A stretch of 64,000 nt of DNA, from contig OZ024753.1 in NCBI GenBank assembly GCA_964016885.1, positions 8,370,001-8,434,000 of the forward strand. Direction: 5' to 3'. Positions 35,787 through 50,707 of this stretch are shown here, in pieces. Position numbers and translations under genes: made by a program. How positions within the stretch are numbered: position 1 is the stretch's first letter; every line of letters begins with the position of its first letter. The DNA is from Eledone cirrhosa. Its lineage: Eukaryota. The notes beneath the pieces are model-generated. The model was not told where the DNA came from, ran no database searches, and was given only the letters and a program-made list of their open reading frames with translations.

Positions 35787-37869
35787 ACTATATTTCTAAA
35801 AAAAAAATTAAATGACTAAAAAAACTATTGCCTATAATTTCAAATTATTTCGAAAATAAACAAGAATTTTGAAGGATTTAATAATGAAACAAGGGTTGAC
35901 TAAAACGTTCATAGGCTAAGGTGGAGGATGTAACCAAATAAATTATTAACACTCTCCTTAACACCAGCACCACCACCACCACCACCACCATCATCCTCAT
36001 CATTTAATGTCCACTTTCCCTGCTAGCAAAGGTTGGATGGGTCTATATAGACCAAGTATTGAAGTGGGGTACTATATTTCTAAAAAGAAATTAAATGACT
36101 AAAAAAAACCATTGCCTATAATTTCCAAATTATTTTGAAAATAAATAAGAATTTGGAGGGATTTAATAAGGAAACTAGGAGGTTCGGCTCAAAATTTCAT
36201 AGGCTGATCAAGATACTCTCATGGATTAGATGATCTGGAAGAGGTACCAGATTATCAGAAAGTGTTACTTACCTGTAATAAACTGTGATCCTTATCTCTT
36301 ACCTACTTCACACTAGAAAACATTTTATTGAACCCAGAAAAAGAAAAGACAAAATTGATTTTGCTGTGATTCATTCCTAGAGCCTAGGACAAGACTATAT
36401 AGAGTAATACATGAAATTCCGTTATAACGAAATTCACGAGGTATAAAAAAAAAATTCGTTGTAACGAAAAATTCTTTATAACGAGATTGACTGAAACAAA
36501 TCAAATGTTTGTTTGTTATTACATCAGTGATTGAAAAAAATTTCGTTATACTGAAAAATTTGTTATAATGGTTTTTGTTATAACGGAATTTTACCAGTAT
36601 ATCTATTACAGCCCTATACCACCTCTCTCTCCCTCCCTCCCTCTTTCTCTCCCTTTACCCCTTGGAAAGTAAATATTTACAACACTTTAACCAAAAACAG
36701 AAGTGAAATTCAAGTATTCATAAATTATGGAATATTACTACGAGACAATATATATCTTTTTCCTGTAGATTATTCTTTATTAAAAAGACGTTTGATTTAT
36801 GATGAGTCTACTTGCCTGAACTTCTAAAACTTTGAAACCAGAGAAGAAAGTTAGCTGAAGCTAAGAAGTGATTTTTTGAAATCAATACAAAACCAAATTA
36901 AAAGCACAAAATCCAAATTTATCAATTTATCATCGTCATCCTTACTTCATGCTTGAGGAAACATTGTGGTATTATTATTATTACTAATGGCACAATAAGT
37001 AAGTTAAATATTTCCTGTCAGCAATGTCTGTGATCAATCATGTATAAATTAACTGATCTAGAAATATTATCAATTTTGATGATGGTGTTTTTGTGCTGTT
37101 TCTTTAAAAAAAAAAAGATAAATAAAATAAAAAGATTCTGTAGCCTTTTAAGCCTTCAGTATTCATATGGTAAAAGCAAAACCCCTCCAAAAACGAAAAA
37201 AAAAAAGAAGCTAAAATAACAAGTTCGAAATAGTTATTGACATAGAAAAATGGCGAAAGGTGGAGAGTGAAGGGAAGATAAATCTGTAACGATTTAACAA
37301 AGCAAATATGGCTTATGTCATTCAAGAAAGAGTTATTGTCTCTTGTTTGTTTGGAGTCAGAGTAGAAACTAAACTTCAGTCTTCCTGACACTTTTGCCTT
37401 TCACTTGACAACCTTTAACCCTGTTTTCACCCCATTGATGTTCAGAATATTATATGTTCTTCAGTTTATTTTAATTTTATTTTCATTTTTTTTTTATGCT
37501 TTGGCATTTCTATTGGTTATTTGCTTTAACCTGTCTGCTACTTCATCACCTCTTCCCTTCCCAACTCCATCTTAAAACTTGCTGGTTGTACATTGGCTTC
37601 AATCTAGATAGTTCACTGCACTTGTCGCGCGTATGTCTGTATGCGTGTGCTTGTTTGTGTGTGCGTGTGTTAGTGATCTACCGATTCATAATTTGTCACC
37701 TTTCTAAAACATCACACCACCCATTCTTAGTGTACCCTGCCTTACCTTACCTTACCTGTTCTCTACCAACAATGTGTATTTGGTAATTAGAGAGTCCTAT
37801 TTACCATAGTAACTAAATCTCCTCAGAATGCTGTCCTCTGTCTATGAATGCTAATATTTACTTTACTAG

Positions 37870-38265
37870 TAATTGTTTCTACTTTTGGCCCAAGGCCAGC
37901 AATTATTTCAGTGCATTACTGGTACTTTATTTTATCGACTTCGGAAGAATTAAAGGCAAAGTTGACCTCGGCGAGAGCAGAAACGAATGCCATAAAGCAT
38001 TCTATCCGACATTCTAACGACTCTGCCAATTCGCCATCTAGCTTTCTGAAAGCAAAATTAATTTCATTATTATTACCTGTGGAGTGGCAGTGTCGGTAGA
38101 GAGTCGGACGCCATGCTTTCTAGCATAGTTACGTCCCTTTACGGTCTGAATTCAAATCCCGCCGAGGTTAACTTTGCTTTTCATCCTTACGGGGGTCGAT
38201 AAAATAAAGTACCAGTAATGTACTGGGATAATTGCTGGCCTTGTGCCTAAAGTAGGAACAATTAT
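37870..38265. mobile_element. Divergent (head-to-head) pair of Deu/Nin SINEs, 37870-38038 (-) and 38078-38265 (+)
   Basis: Consensus matches on opposite strands about 40 bp apart. Confidence 0.8.
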
Positions 38266-39841
38266 TACCTAATCTTCCATTAGTTTATTGACTTAGCTAT
38301 GTCTAAATAGAAAATCACATTAAAGAACAAAACAAAAGCTTAGTTAAACTTCCAGTGTTAAACCCAATGTATATATTATATAAACTATTCTTCACTGTAA
38401 GTCTTCCTTGTTGCTATACAGTGAAATACAGGAGTAATCCCATTTAAAGCTTATTATCAAATCATTATCACATTCTGTATATAGTAATCTGCTCCCTCAG
38501 CTATGTCATTCCTCATTCCTCTTTCCTCTCCTCAAGTTTGTATTCAATTTCTGAAATGTCTTCTTATTTTCTTCGTCTTTCCTGCTTTCCTAATTATATG
38601 CTCCTGATATCTTTGGCTTTTTATTCAAAACAATTTTCACTGCAATATTATGTTTACATACAATGGAGATGTGATGCTCAACGATGATAATTACTGGGTG
38701 AAAAAAAGTGCCAAGTATTCCCAGTGGAGGGAGGTTGTGGTAGGGGAAGACCAACGACTTGTCCAACCCATGCAATCATGAGGCAATGGATGTAATATGA
38801 GGATGATGATGATGATGATGATGATGCACAGGCATGGGCTTCTGCTTACAGAGTTCATTTCACAACCATGTAGTTCCAGGTTCAGTTCTACTACATAGCA
38901 CCTTTACTAATGATTTAGGTGTTGAAATTTGGTAGTCAGAAACAGTGTGGATGCCCATCATATATATGTGCACAGTTGTGTTGGCATTTACCGTTTGTTG
39001 AAATCAATAAAATAAGTACTAGGATTGATATGATCAATGGGATATTTTGAAGGCAGTAACCCTGCATTTTGAGTTCAAATTCTGCCAAGGTTGATAAAAG
39101 GTTACCAGTTAAGTACTGGGGTTGATTCTTCCTCTGTATCTCTTTCTCACTTCCTATCCTTCTCTGGAAGAAATCTGTTTTACTTGGACCTGGAGAGGTT
39201 TGGGCTCCACCAGGCTTTAAAAATGTCCAAGAAACACTGTATGGCAATTCCATAGCCCTACAACTCCATCGGGTGTCACAGGGTTTAAAATACCCAGTAA
39301 AATGGCAGTCTAATGACTGAAACAAGAAAAGAATAAAAGATTCAGTCATATGCTATGTTGTAGAAGATTTTCCCTTTTTTGTTTGCGTGTGTGTGTATAT
39401 ATATATATATATATGTGTGTGTGCGTACATATATATATTGTTATAATTTGGGAGGGTCATGCTGCCAATAAAAACCTCATACACCTGTTGGGTTTCACTT
39501 CAATTTACTGTTATAATTTCTCAGTCAGTTAGTTTAATGACCTGATGGTTGTTTAGTTGTTGATTGTCAAAGTTCTTTCATCACACATTCTGTGACCTCC
39601 TCAGTGACTACTTGTTGCTTTCTGTCTCTCATTCATTTTGTTTTACACCATCTTGTTTTTAGCAATATATATATATATATATATAACGAAGGAAATGTGG
39701 TAAGGAACCAGGTGGACCATAACGCACCAAAGTACTCAATACTTGAGGTAGTAGAGTGGGTAATAGGAACCAGTAAGACCCCGACAGCTGAGCTCAAGCC
39801 GTTGAAACGGCTTGAGCTCAGCTGTTGGGGTCTTACTGGTT

Positions 39842-39874
<33 letters not shown>

Positions 39875-39960
39875 AAAATTAAAATTAAGGGTTGTCATGT
39901 CTGAGAGACATGCGCCATATCCACCGTAGAATAAGCTCAAAGATTAGATCTGAGCATTAC

Positions 39961-40228
39961 ATATCAACTAGAAATAGATTGACATATATATATATATAAA
40001 ATAAATACATGAAACAATTACAGGGAATAATTTGTAAAGAATGTAAGCACACATAGCTGATTAATCAGATTAATCATTTTAAAAGGTATCTATATTTGAA
40101 GTTCTAGTCAAACTTTAATTAGTTACCTACCTACCTAGCTATGTGTGCTTACATTCTTTACAAATTATTCCCTCTGATTGTTTCATGTATTTATTATATA
40201 TATATGTCAATCTATTTCTAGTTGATAT
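39961..40228. repeat. Inverted repeat with ~95-bp arms and a ~78-bp spacer
   Basis: ATATCAACTAGAAATAGATTGAC...CACACATAGCT vs AGCTATGTGTG...GTCAATCTATTTCTAGTTGATAT. Confidence 0.9.
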
Positions 40229-40434
40229 ATATATATATAAAGCAAAGGAAATTTCTGTGATAGAAAGGATTTCCTGGTGGAAGTTCAGGTAAAGTCTGGG
40301 ATGATATCCATTTTCAGGGTGAAAATCCAACGAATTTGAGATGTCAACATGAATGGACCTGTTATTTTTATCTAAAGACATTTTTTCCCATTCCAACCAG
40401 TCTGTCCCTTCAATCTATCTTATTTCTCATTCTT

Positions 40435-40470
40435 TCTTCTGATGAATGACTAGCGTCCGAAACGTTAAGA
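40435..40470 (+). ncRNA. Minimal (dimer-type) hammerhead ribozyme motif
   Basis: TCTT CTGATGA AT GAC-TAGC-GTC C GAAA CGTT AAGA, with stem I TCTT/AAGA and palindromic AACGTT stem III. Confidence 0.7.
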
Positions 40471-40554
40471 CCCTCTTCCTGCTATATCAAGCGTTAACCT
40501 AATATATTCCTTCCATATACTGTACCGATTGTGTTGTTATTTCTGTTTACCTTT

Positions 40555-40605
<51 letters not shown>

Positions 40606-41316
40606 CATTAAATACTATGTAATGTAAAATATAATTAGAGTGCTCCTTCTCTTTCTGGGGTTGTCTTGATGATACAGTTCACACGGTAATCTAATGGGGT
40701 AGAAACGTCTATTGTTTGTTAGTCATAATAGTAATTGATTGAAAAAAAAAACTATTTTAAAAAGAAAGTTATTTTACATACTTGAAAGTCATAATTTCTT
40801 CACCTATTCCCATTGCTTCTATTAGTTCACATTATTCCCAAGCTCTCCCTCATTATATCATTATCTCATCATATCTCCATTAATAATAGTAATAATAATA
40901 ATAATAATAATAATGACAACAATGACAACAACAACAAAAATAATAATGATGAATATGATTGCTTTTTTTTTTCAAAATAATACTGATCGAACCTGCTTGT
41001 TTGCTTCTTCAATACTCTAATTATTTCTGTTTTCAATGTAAGTTTACAAAATGTCTTGCATTTGTTTAGTTGTGTTTTGATTTATATTTCATATTAGACA
41101 AATACTTCTCCAGACAGATTTTATTTTATTGTATTCTATTCTATTTTCATTTCACCCCTCATCAACCACACACTGACAGTTGCTGTTGTCAGCTTATTCA
41201 CATTATTTTTTATTAGTATAAACATGTTGTGGTAATGTTGATTTTTATCTTTGTCTCTCTCTCTCTCTCTTTGACTCCCCCCTTCCTCTCTCTTTTACCC
41301 CCCCCCTCTCTCTCTA

Positions 41317-42646
<1,330 letters not shown>

Positions 42647-43027
42647 ATCATCTCTATTGAATGGTTTTATTTTACTTTATTATCATCCTCTTCAGTGCAA
42701 GTTTACAATATTGTTTTTACTAAACAAATAAAAGCAAATAATTAAACAATTGAAGTACTAACTGCCACAGATAGGTTGTTTTTAAACATTTAGCTTTCAA
42801 CAGGAAAATATAAACTCTTCAATGAGAAAAAAAAAGAGATAGAAAAATGAAAGTGGTGAATCACATTAACTGTACAAAGTAATTTGGCTAACTAACAAAT
42901 TCTAGATGAAATTATATTGTTTTTTTTTATATATATTAATATGTCTCTATAACCAAAGTTAGAATACAAACTAATTGCTTTATTTAGTTTATTTAGTCTA
43001 AGTTTGTTGTGGTTTTAAATATTTTAT

Positions 43028-43255
43028 TTAACCCTTTAGTGTTCAAACTGGCCAAAACCGGCCAGAAGTCTCTACCTCTTTCTGTTGAAACTGGCTGTAA
43101 CTGATCTCTCAAACTGATGTTAAGGTGTTGTTCTCAAAATAAATACTTTCAAAATCTCATAGATTCGATATTATGTGAGATAATTATGTGAGGTAAAGCC
43201 TTTACCATGAACATATAATAGTATATATAGAGTAATGTGAATGCTAAAGGGTTAA
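43028..43255 (-). mobile_element. piggyBac-type MITE (variant subfamily); near-identical inverted copy at 45820-46047 (+)
   Basis: TTAA flanks. Both share AAACCGGCC and AAATACTTTCAAAATC variants. Confidence 0.85.
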
Positions 43256-43339
43256 GCTATGTAAATCCTCTAAGACTCTGACATATATACTATCAACTCT
43301 TAACAACCTGTAATGATTTAGCAAAAAATATCTAAAAGC

Positions 43340-44072
43340 AGGTTTGTTAATCCAAATGTTTATTGTATCTTTACTAGAGAACAGATAGATATTTGTGAAA
43401 ATTTGCAATATTAGAGTAAAGTTTTAATATTCAATCTAATGTAGTTACACTGCTGTTTTGTACTTTTCAAGTGTGTCTTGCTAATGTGCTTTGTTAATTC
43501 AAATATTTATAGTATCTTTACTAGAGAACAGATAGATTTTTGTGACAATTTGCAATATTAGAGTAAAGTCCTTAATATTCAATCTGATACAGTTGCAGTA
43601 ATAAAGTATCTTGCTCAAGGACCTGAAGTTGCAACCAATAGACAGTAAATGCAATTGGAAAGACCCATGGAAACATTGATTCCTCGGTCCGATTTGATGA
43701 AAATTGATCGACTGACATAGTTACAGTGCTGATTTTTACTTTTCAAGTATGTCTTGTTAATGTGGTTTCATGTGGTTTGTTAATTAAATGTTTATAGTAT
43801 CTTTATTAGAGAACAGATAGATATTTGTGAAAATGTGCACAATTAAAGACATTAATATTTAATGCGATGTAGTTACAGTGTTATTTTGAACTTTTCCAGA
43901 ATGTCTTGTTAATGTGGTTTCATGTGGTTTGTTAATTCAAATGTATCTTTAATCATGGATAGATTGTTGTAAAGATTTACAGGATTTGAAAAAATACATG
44001 TATTTTAATGTGATGTAGTCATAGTGCTGTTTTGTTTCTTTCAAGAATGTTTTACTAATGTGGTTTCATGTG
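43340..44072. repeat. Degenerate ~150-bp tandem repeat x4, with a 5'-inverted CORE-SINE fragment at ~43600-43712
   Basis: TTGTTAAT..ATCTTTA..AGAGAACAGATAGAT..TAGTTACA..TAATGTG recurs. Confidence 0.75.
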
Positions 44073-44399
44073 CCACAGGAGGTTAGGAGTTAACATAGTG
44101 GTATGTTTTAGGAGGGCAAATAATTTGCAGCATTTCATCCGAGACATTCTGTAATGGCTGCTTTTTTTGTTTTTTTTATTTACTCAAAATGTTTACATAT
44201 TTCATTGGTAGTGGTTGTGATTGTCATTTAACCCCATCCTTAATCAACAGGTTTACAATCAATGGTATTCCAACATTGATCACCTTGTGTCTTTGTTTAC
44301 CTAAGACTACATTAGGTAATGTGCCCTTCCTTTTTAGCCATGTAGTCTGATCCTCCACTAATATTACCAACCTGACACCCCAATAATAATAATAATAAT

Positions 44400-44823
44400 A
44401 ATTGTTTCTACTTTTGGCACAAGGCCAGCAATTATCCCAGTGTATTACTGGTACTTTATTTTAATAATAATAATGGCTTCTGATTTAGGCACAAGGCCAG
44501 CAATTACCCAGTGTATTACTGGTACTTTATTTTATGCACCTTCTAATAACGATGAAAAGCAAAGTTAACCTCAGAACGTAAGGGGCCATAACTCTGTGCT
44601 GCAAAGCAGGGTGTCTGATGCTCTACATACAATGTACCAATCCACCACATAATAATAATAATCATCATCATCATCATCATTGATTAACGTCTATCTTCCA
44701 TGCTAGCATGGGTTAGACAGCTTTGTCCTATTTAGAGGCAAGTTGGGTCAGGTGACCGTGTCTCGCTCATATAGGAGAGTTTCTGGTTGGTTTTCTATGG
44801 CTGGATGCCCTGCCTAACCCCCA

Positions 44824-44859
<36 letters not shown>

Positions 44860-45041
44860 TGTTTCTACTTTTGGCACAAGGCCAGCAATTACCCAGAACA
44901 TTACTGGTACTTTATTTTATTGACCCCGTAAGGATGAAAGGCAAAGTTAACCTCAGCGGGATTTGAACTCAGCAAGGGCCATAACTCTATGCATCAAAAC
45001 ATGGCGTCCGACCCTCTACCGATACTGCCAATTCACCGCCT
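44400..45041 (-). mobile_element. Cluster of three Deu/Nin SINE pieces and one Meta-tail piece nested in (AAT)n/(CAT)n
   Basis: Consensus matches. Confidence 0.8.
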
Positions 45042-47668
45042 AATAATAATAATAACACATTTTATTTAAAATTTAATATCTCCTCACATTTACTTTTCCT
45101 ATCTCTACCCAATACCAAATCAATATTTTTGTTTACAAATACATCCACTTTACCCCAATAATAACTGTTGTCTTGTTTTCTGTAATTTGATAAATATATT
45201 TAAGATCAATTTCTTACTTATTCAAACACTTGTTTTCCTCTTCTCTAAGAAGTTGTTAACCAGTTTCTTGATTTATGAAATCTCAACATACACACTACAA
45301 TATTTATTAATCATCTTTAATTTTCTCTGCTTAAAAATCTGCATTATATCACAACTGAATAATAACTTATGTCTCATTATATTTAATTAGTCATTATTCT
45401 TCAAAGATAATTCTGACACATCTTAACGAAGAAATTTATCCTCTTTCGCTGTAAAATAAATTTATGAATAGTGATTTTCATCTGAACAGTTTTTTGGGGG
45501 GTTTTAATTTGCAATCCATTCTCATCTGATTATAACATTCTTAATAGAAATAGTAACTCATGAATGGAAAAATAAATAATTTTAAAAATGATACTCTACA
45601 CTTTTAATGACAAACTTCTACAAATAATTTTAATTAATTTGCTGTTATTACCATCTAACCTATGCTAGCATGGAAATAGACATTAAACGATGATGGTGAT
45701 GATGATGGACAAAAGTGGAGCTGAAACAGTTCAAAACAAAACGAACGATAAATATGTTCTTCTTTAATTGGCTTATATCCCACACTTAGCCCATCTCAAA
45801 TCAAACTTTACCCGACATCTTAACCCTTTAACATTCACATTACTCTATATATACTTTTATATTTTCATGGTAAAGGCTTTTCCTCACATAATTATCTCAC
45901 ATAATATCGAATCAATGAGATTTTGAAAGTATTTATTTTGAGAAAAATACCTTAACATCAGTTTGAACGACCAGTTATAACCAGTTCCAACAGAAAGAGG
46001 TAGAGAATTCTGGCCGGTTTTGGCCGGTTTGAACATTAAAGGGTTAATAAACAAGAAAAAGAACACATTGAGTAATACAGTATGTCTAGAAAGAGAAAGA
46101 AAAAAAAAGATAGGGATAGCCAGAAGGCTTTGGTTATAGGCCTTCTTGGTCAGCAACACCTCTACCTTTGATATCATTACTACAACTGTGAAAACCATCA
46201 CCAGAATCATCACCTAAATAAATGAACCACTTCTCAGTCTCTCAATCTATAAAAAGATAACTGCAAAATCTTTCTGAAATCACACTCTGCTGTCTTAACT
46301 AAAACCAGGATAAACTGAATAATCTAGTTCCTGCTATACGAAAAATACATGATGGTCACGTTTGGAATTCTTTTGATCGTAGGTATGCTCAGTGGGAGAA
46401 CGACCTTGTATCTAAGAAACAATTTCAAGTTGTAATTTATATCACTAAACCTACCACTCTGATCGTCATCATCATCATCATCATTATCCTCATCCCCATC
46501 ATCACCATTTCATCATTCCACTCACTAGAATTGTGGATTGGCAGAATTGCTAGAGCATTAGACAAAAAGCTTTGCAGCATTTACCTATGGCTCTTTATGT
46601 TCTGAGTTTGAATCCTTGCAAGGTCAGCATTGCTTTTTATCGTTCGGGGGGGGGGGGGGGGTAAAATAAAGTACCAGTAAAGTACTGGAGTCAATTTAAT
46701 CAAGTTTCTCCTCTTCCTAAATTACTGGTTTTGTTTCGATGTCAGAAACAATTATTCAACCCATCATAACTGCAGGGTTTACACATCCTGTTATATTAAC
46801 ATTGCAAAAAAGGTGATAGCATACTTACAGGTCTTTTCCTTTCCTTCATTCCCTTCTCAGTATTTATATATACACATGTTAGCTAATAATATATGACAAC
46901 AATAATGGTACTATTAATATTTCATAAATACTTGAAGGAAATCATCAAATATTCAGAGTATGATTTGATCTAGTTTGGGTTTGGTTTAATTTGGTTTGGT
47001 TCCAATTTTTGCATTTCCCATTTCCCATTACATCTAGAAATGTCTTTAAACATTTTAACATAAAAAAAAACTAAAAAAAAAACTAAAAAATGAAAGCGAA
47101 CAAGCAAAACTACTATTCTATGATAGAAATGTCTCTAAATTATTAAAATACAAAAAAAAAAAAAAAAAGTAAAACAACTATTTTATGACGCACCGATGAT
47201 GCAAAAAACACAAAAGTAACAACTAAAAGAAATTCTGTTTTTTTTTCTGTTCCGAAAGTAACTTACAACATATATAGTGCTTTTGTTAGTTTACTAGTCT
47301 TTTACCAAATGCTTTCTTCACTACCACAGTAAAATTACCTAATCTAATAAGTTATAGGTAAGATATCAACCAAACTGCAAGTATTGTCAGCTGGAATATA
47401 TCAGAAAAATTGGTCAACCAGTGACAGAATGATTTGCTAAGTATAGAAATTTAGCACATTTATATATTTATGTATTTATTTACTTCTTGCTTGGATAGGG
47501 GGAAGCTGATGAAGGTATATTCTTTGTTTTGATTTTTTGTTACGTTTTTTACTTAGCAATTTGATTTTTGTTTTGTATTTCACCATAAATCTTTCAGATG
47601 TTTAGATTCAAGCAATGTAAATATTTCTTTTCTTGTCTCACTCTTTTTCACACACACACACACTCTCT

Positions 47669-47849
47669 GTATATATATATATATATAGATATATATATGT
47701 GTGTATATATGTATATATATGTATATATATATGTATATATATATGTATATATATGTATATATATATATGTATATATATGTATATATGTATATATATATAT
47801 GTATATATATATATGTATATATATGTATATATATATATATGTATATATG

Positions 47850-47902
<53 letters not shown>

Positions 47903-48029
47903 ATATATATATATATATGTATATATATGTATATATATGTATATATATGTATATGTATATATGTATATATGTATATATATATATGTATATGTATATATGT
48001 ATATATGTATATATATATATGTATATATG

Positions 48030-48061
<32 letters not shown>

Positions 48062-48137
48062 TGTATATATATGTATATATATGTATATATATGTATATGT
48101 ATATATGTATATATGTATATATATATATGTATATGTG

Positions 48138-48171
<34 letters not shown>

Positions 48172-48190
48172 CATATATATATATGTATGT
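47669..48190. repeat. (TA)n-TG compound microsatellite
   Basis: Direct. Confidence 0.95.
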
Positions 48191-48440
48191 GACTGAATAC
48201 ACACACAATCGCATTCAAAACTGCACACACACACATGCACGCACGCACGCACACACACACACACACACACACATTCCATTTGCTCATTTTCTCTTTTCCC
48301 TCCTTAAAAACTTCTCTCCCATCTCCCGCTCCTCCTCCCTCGTGTCTCCCTCTCCCCTCTCCTCTCACCACCACCACCACCAAGAAATGGTATTCTAAAT
48401 TTTCAGATTAACTTAGCCAGCTAGACATTCATTTGAAATG

Positions 48441-48957
48441 TCCAACAACAACTACAACCACAACTGCAACTACAACATCTCCAACAACAACTACAACCAC
48501 AACTGCAACTACAACATCTACAACAACAACTACAACCACAACTGCAACTACAACATCTCCAACAACAACTACAACCACAACTGCAACTACAACATCTACA
48601 ACAACAACTACAACCACAACTGCAACTACAACATCTCCAACAACAACTACAACCACAACTACAACATCAACAACAACAACTACAACCACAACTGCAACAA
48701 CAACCACTGCAACAACAACCACAACAACTACAAAAACTGCAACTACAACATCTCCAACAACAACTACAACCACAACTGCAACTACAACATCAACAACAAC
48801 AACTACAACAACAACAACTACAGCCACAACTGCAACTACAACATCAACAACAACTACAGCCACAACTGCAACTACAACATCTGCAACAACAACTACAGCC
48901 ACAACTGCAACTACAACATCTGCAACAACAACAACAACAACTACAACAACTGCAACA
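48441..48957. repeat. ACA-rich minisatellite with a ~39-bp unit
   Basis: CAACAACAACTACAACCACAACTGCAACTACAACATCT(C/A) repeated with variants. Confidence 0.9.
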
Positions 48958-50147
48958 GAAATGACAAACAAATAACAGAAAGTGCTGCCCCCTACCATAG
49001 AACAAACAAACTATTTTGTTACATGTTTTAATATTTTCTACTCTAATCAACTTGGATAAGCCAGCGATTCTTTTCATAGAAACACAGTATTTCAGATTTT
49101 AACAAAAAAAAAAAAAAAAAAAATAACTGCAATAGCAATGAATCATGTCATTCCTAAAATGGGGAATGTACATTTGTCACTAGTTGGTCTCTTTGATTGA
49201 GGTGCTTGCTTCCTCTCAATTGCAACAGTTCTTTCATATTCCTGCATAAGGTGTGTTGGCCTAGTGGTTAAAGTGTTGGGCCAATGGCAATAAGCTTGTG
49301 AATTTGATTCAATGACTGGGAGGTGTTTTTTTAGCATGACTCTTTATTTCTAATAGCTCCTGTCTTTCTTAGATGAAAGTTGCAATGACATCCTTGTCAG
49401 GCTGTATCCTACAATGCCTTTCCTTTGGACAATATTGGCACCGTGGAGAGAGAAAATTAGCATGCATGGGTAACTCTTTGTCTTCCTCCTTGCCAAGAGT
49501 CATATCTTGGAGAGGAATTTTCTAGATGGACACCGAAGGTCAAACATGACTAAGGAAGGCTTCATGTCATTTTTGCACGGAAAAAGGGTTACACAATTTT
49601 CTAACAATGTAGCACAAGCAAATCCAAACAGTCAGTCTTCAGAATTGCAATAATAATTGCTTCATACTTTGCTATGAGGTTTAACCTGGCCACATCCGGC
49701 CAGAATCCTTTCACCTGTTTCTGTTCAAACTGGCTGTAACCATACCAACGTTAAGGTATTGTTCTCAAAATAAATAACAACAAAATCTCGTAGATTCAAT
49801 ATTATGTGAGATAATTATGTGAGGTAAAGCATTTACTGCGAAAGTACAATAGTAAATACTGAGTAATGTAAATGTCAGGGGAGGCTTCATAGTTAATTGA
49901 ATTCATTATACCATGTGACTAGTATTTTATCAAATCAACTTCCACGTAATAAAATTTCTACTTTGAACTCAGATGATTAACCCACAGGGAAAATCCTTTT
50001 GATATCAACAGAAGCAGTAGTTCCCTGAACTTTTTCCAGCCAGTAATACTCTAGCTACTATACTTTCAGAGCAGCTGCCATATATTTATTTACATTTATT
50101 TATACAAACACATACATACATAAATGTATATATATATATATATATAT

Positions 50148-50510
50148 ATATATTGGTAAATGGAATAGAAAATGCTGAAAAATAGTTTAATTAGGAATAA
50201 ATGAGAATTAGTAATAGTATTGGTTAGTATTCAGTTTTGGTTATAAGTTTTACCGGTTGGGCATTTCTAATGATTTGCAAAAATAATTTTGAGATAGAGT
50301 GTCCGTGATATTTGCACAGATCAGAGCAAACATCACGGACACTCTATCTCAAAATTATTTTTGAAAAGCATTAGAAATGCGCAACCGGTAAAACTTAAAA
50401 CCAAAACTGAATACTAACCAATACAATTACTAATTCTCACTTATTCCTAATTAAACTATTTTTCACTGTGAACAATTTGTCAGCATTTTCTATTCTGTTT
50501 ACCAATATAT
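50148..50510. repeat. ~360-bp palindrome (arms ~170 bp, ~10-nt loop)
   Basis: ATATTGGTAAA..GAGTGTCCGTGATATTTGC / GCAAACATCACGGACACTC..TTTACCAATAT, with one ~17-nt indel in the right arm. Confidence 0.92.
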
Positions 50511-50540
50511 AATAACTTGTGTGTTACACCTCCAATCTTT

Positions 50541-50586
<46 letters not shown>

Positions 50587-50670
50587 TATATTGGTAGAAT
50601 ACTGGTGGGTTATATCTGTAATAGTAGAAGTAGCTCTTAGAAATGGTGAATTAACTGTTGTGGAACTACT

Positions 50671-50707
<37 letters not shown>

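Noticed and set aside
47500-47560. CTGATGA motif (also CTGAAGA at ~6948) as further hammerheads
   Set aside because: No properly placed GAAA or stems visible; at most decayed remnants
48429-49031. Thr-rich mucin-like ORF
   Set aside because: Open in several frames and on both strands because it is an ACA minisatellite. No convincing splice sites or non-repetitive coding flanks were seen
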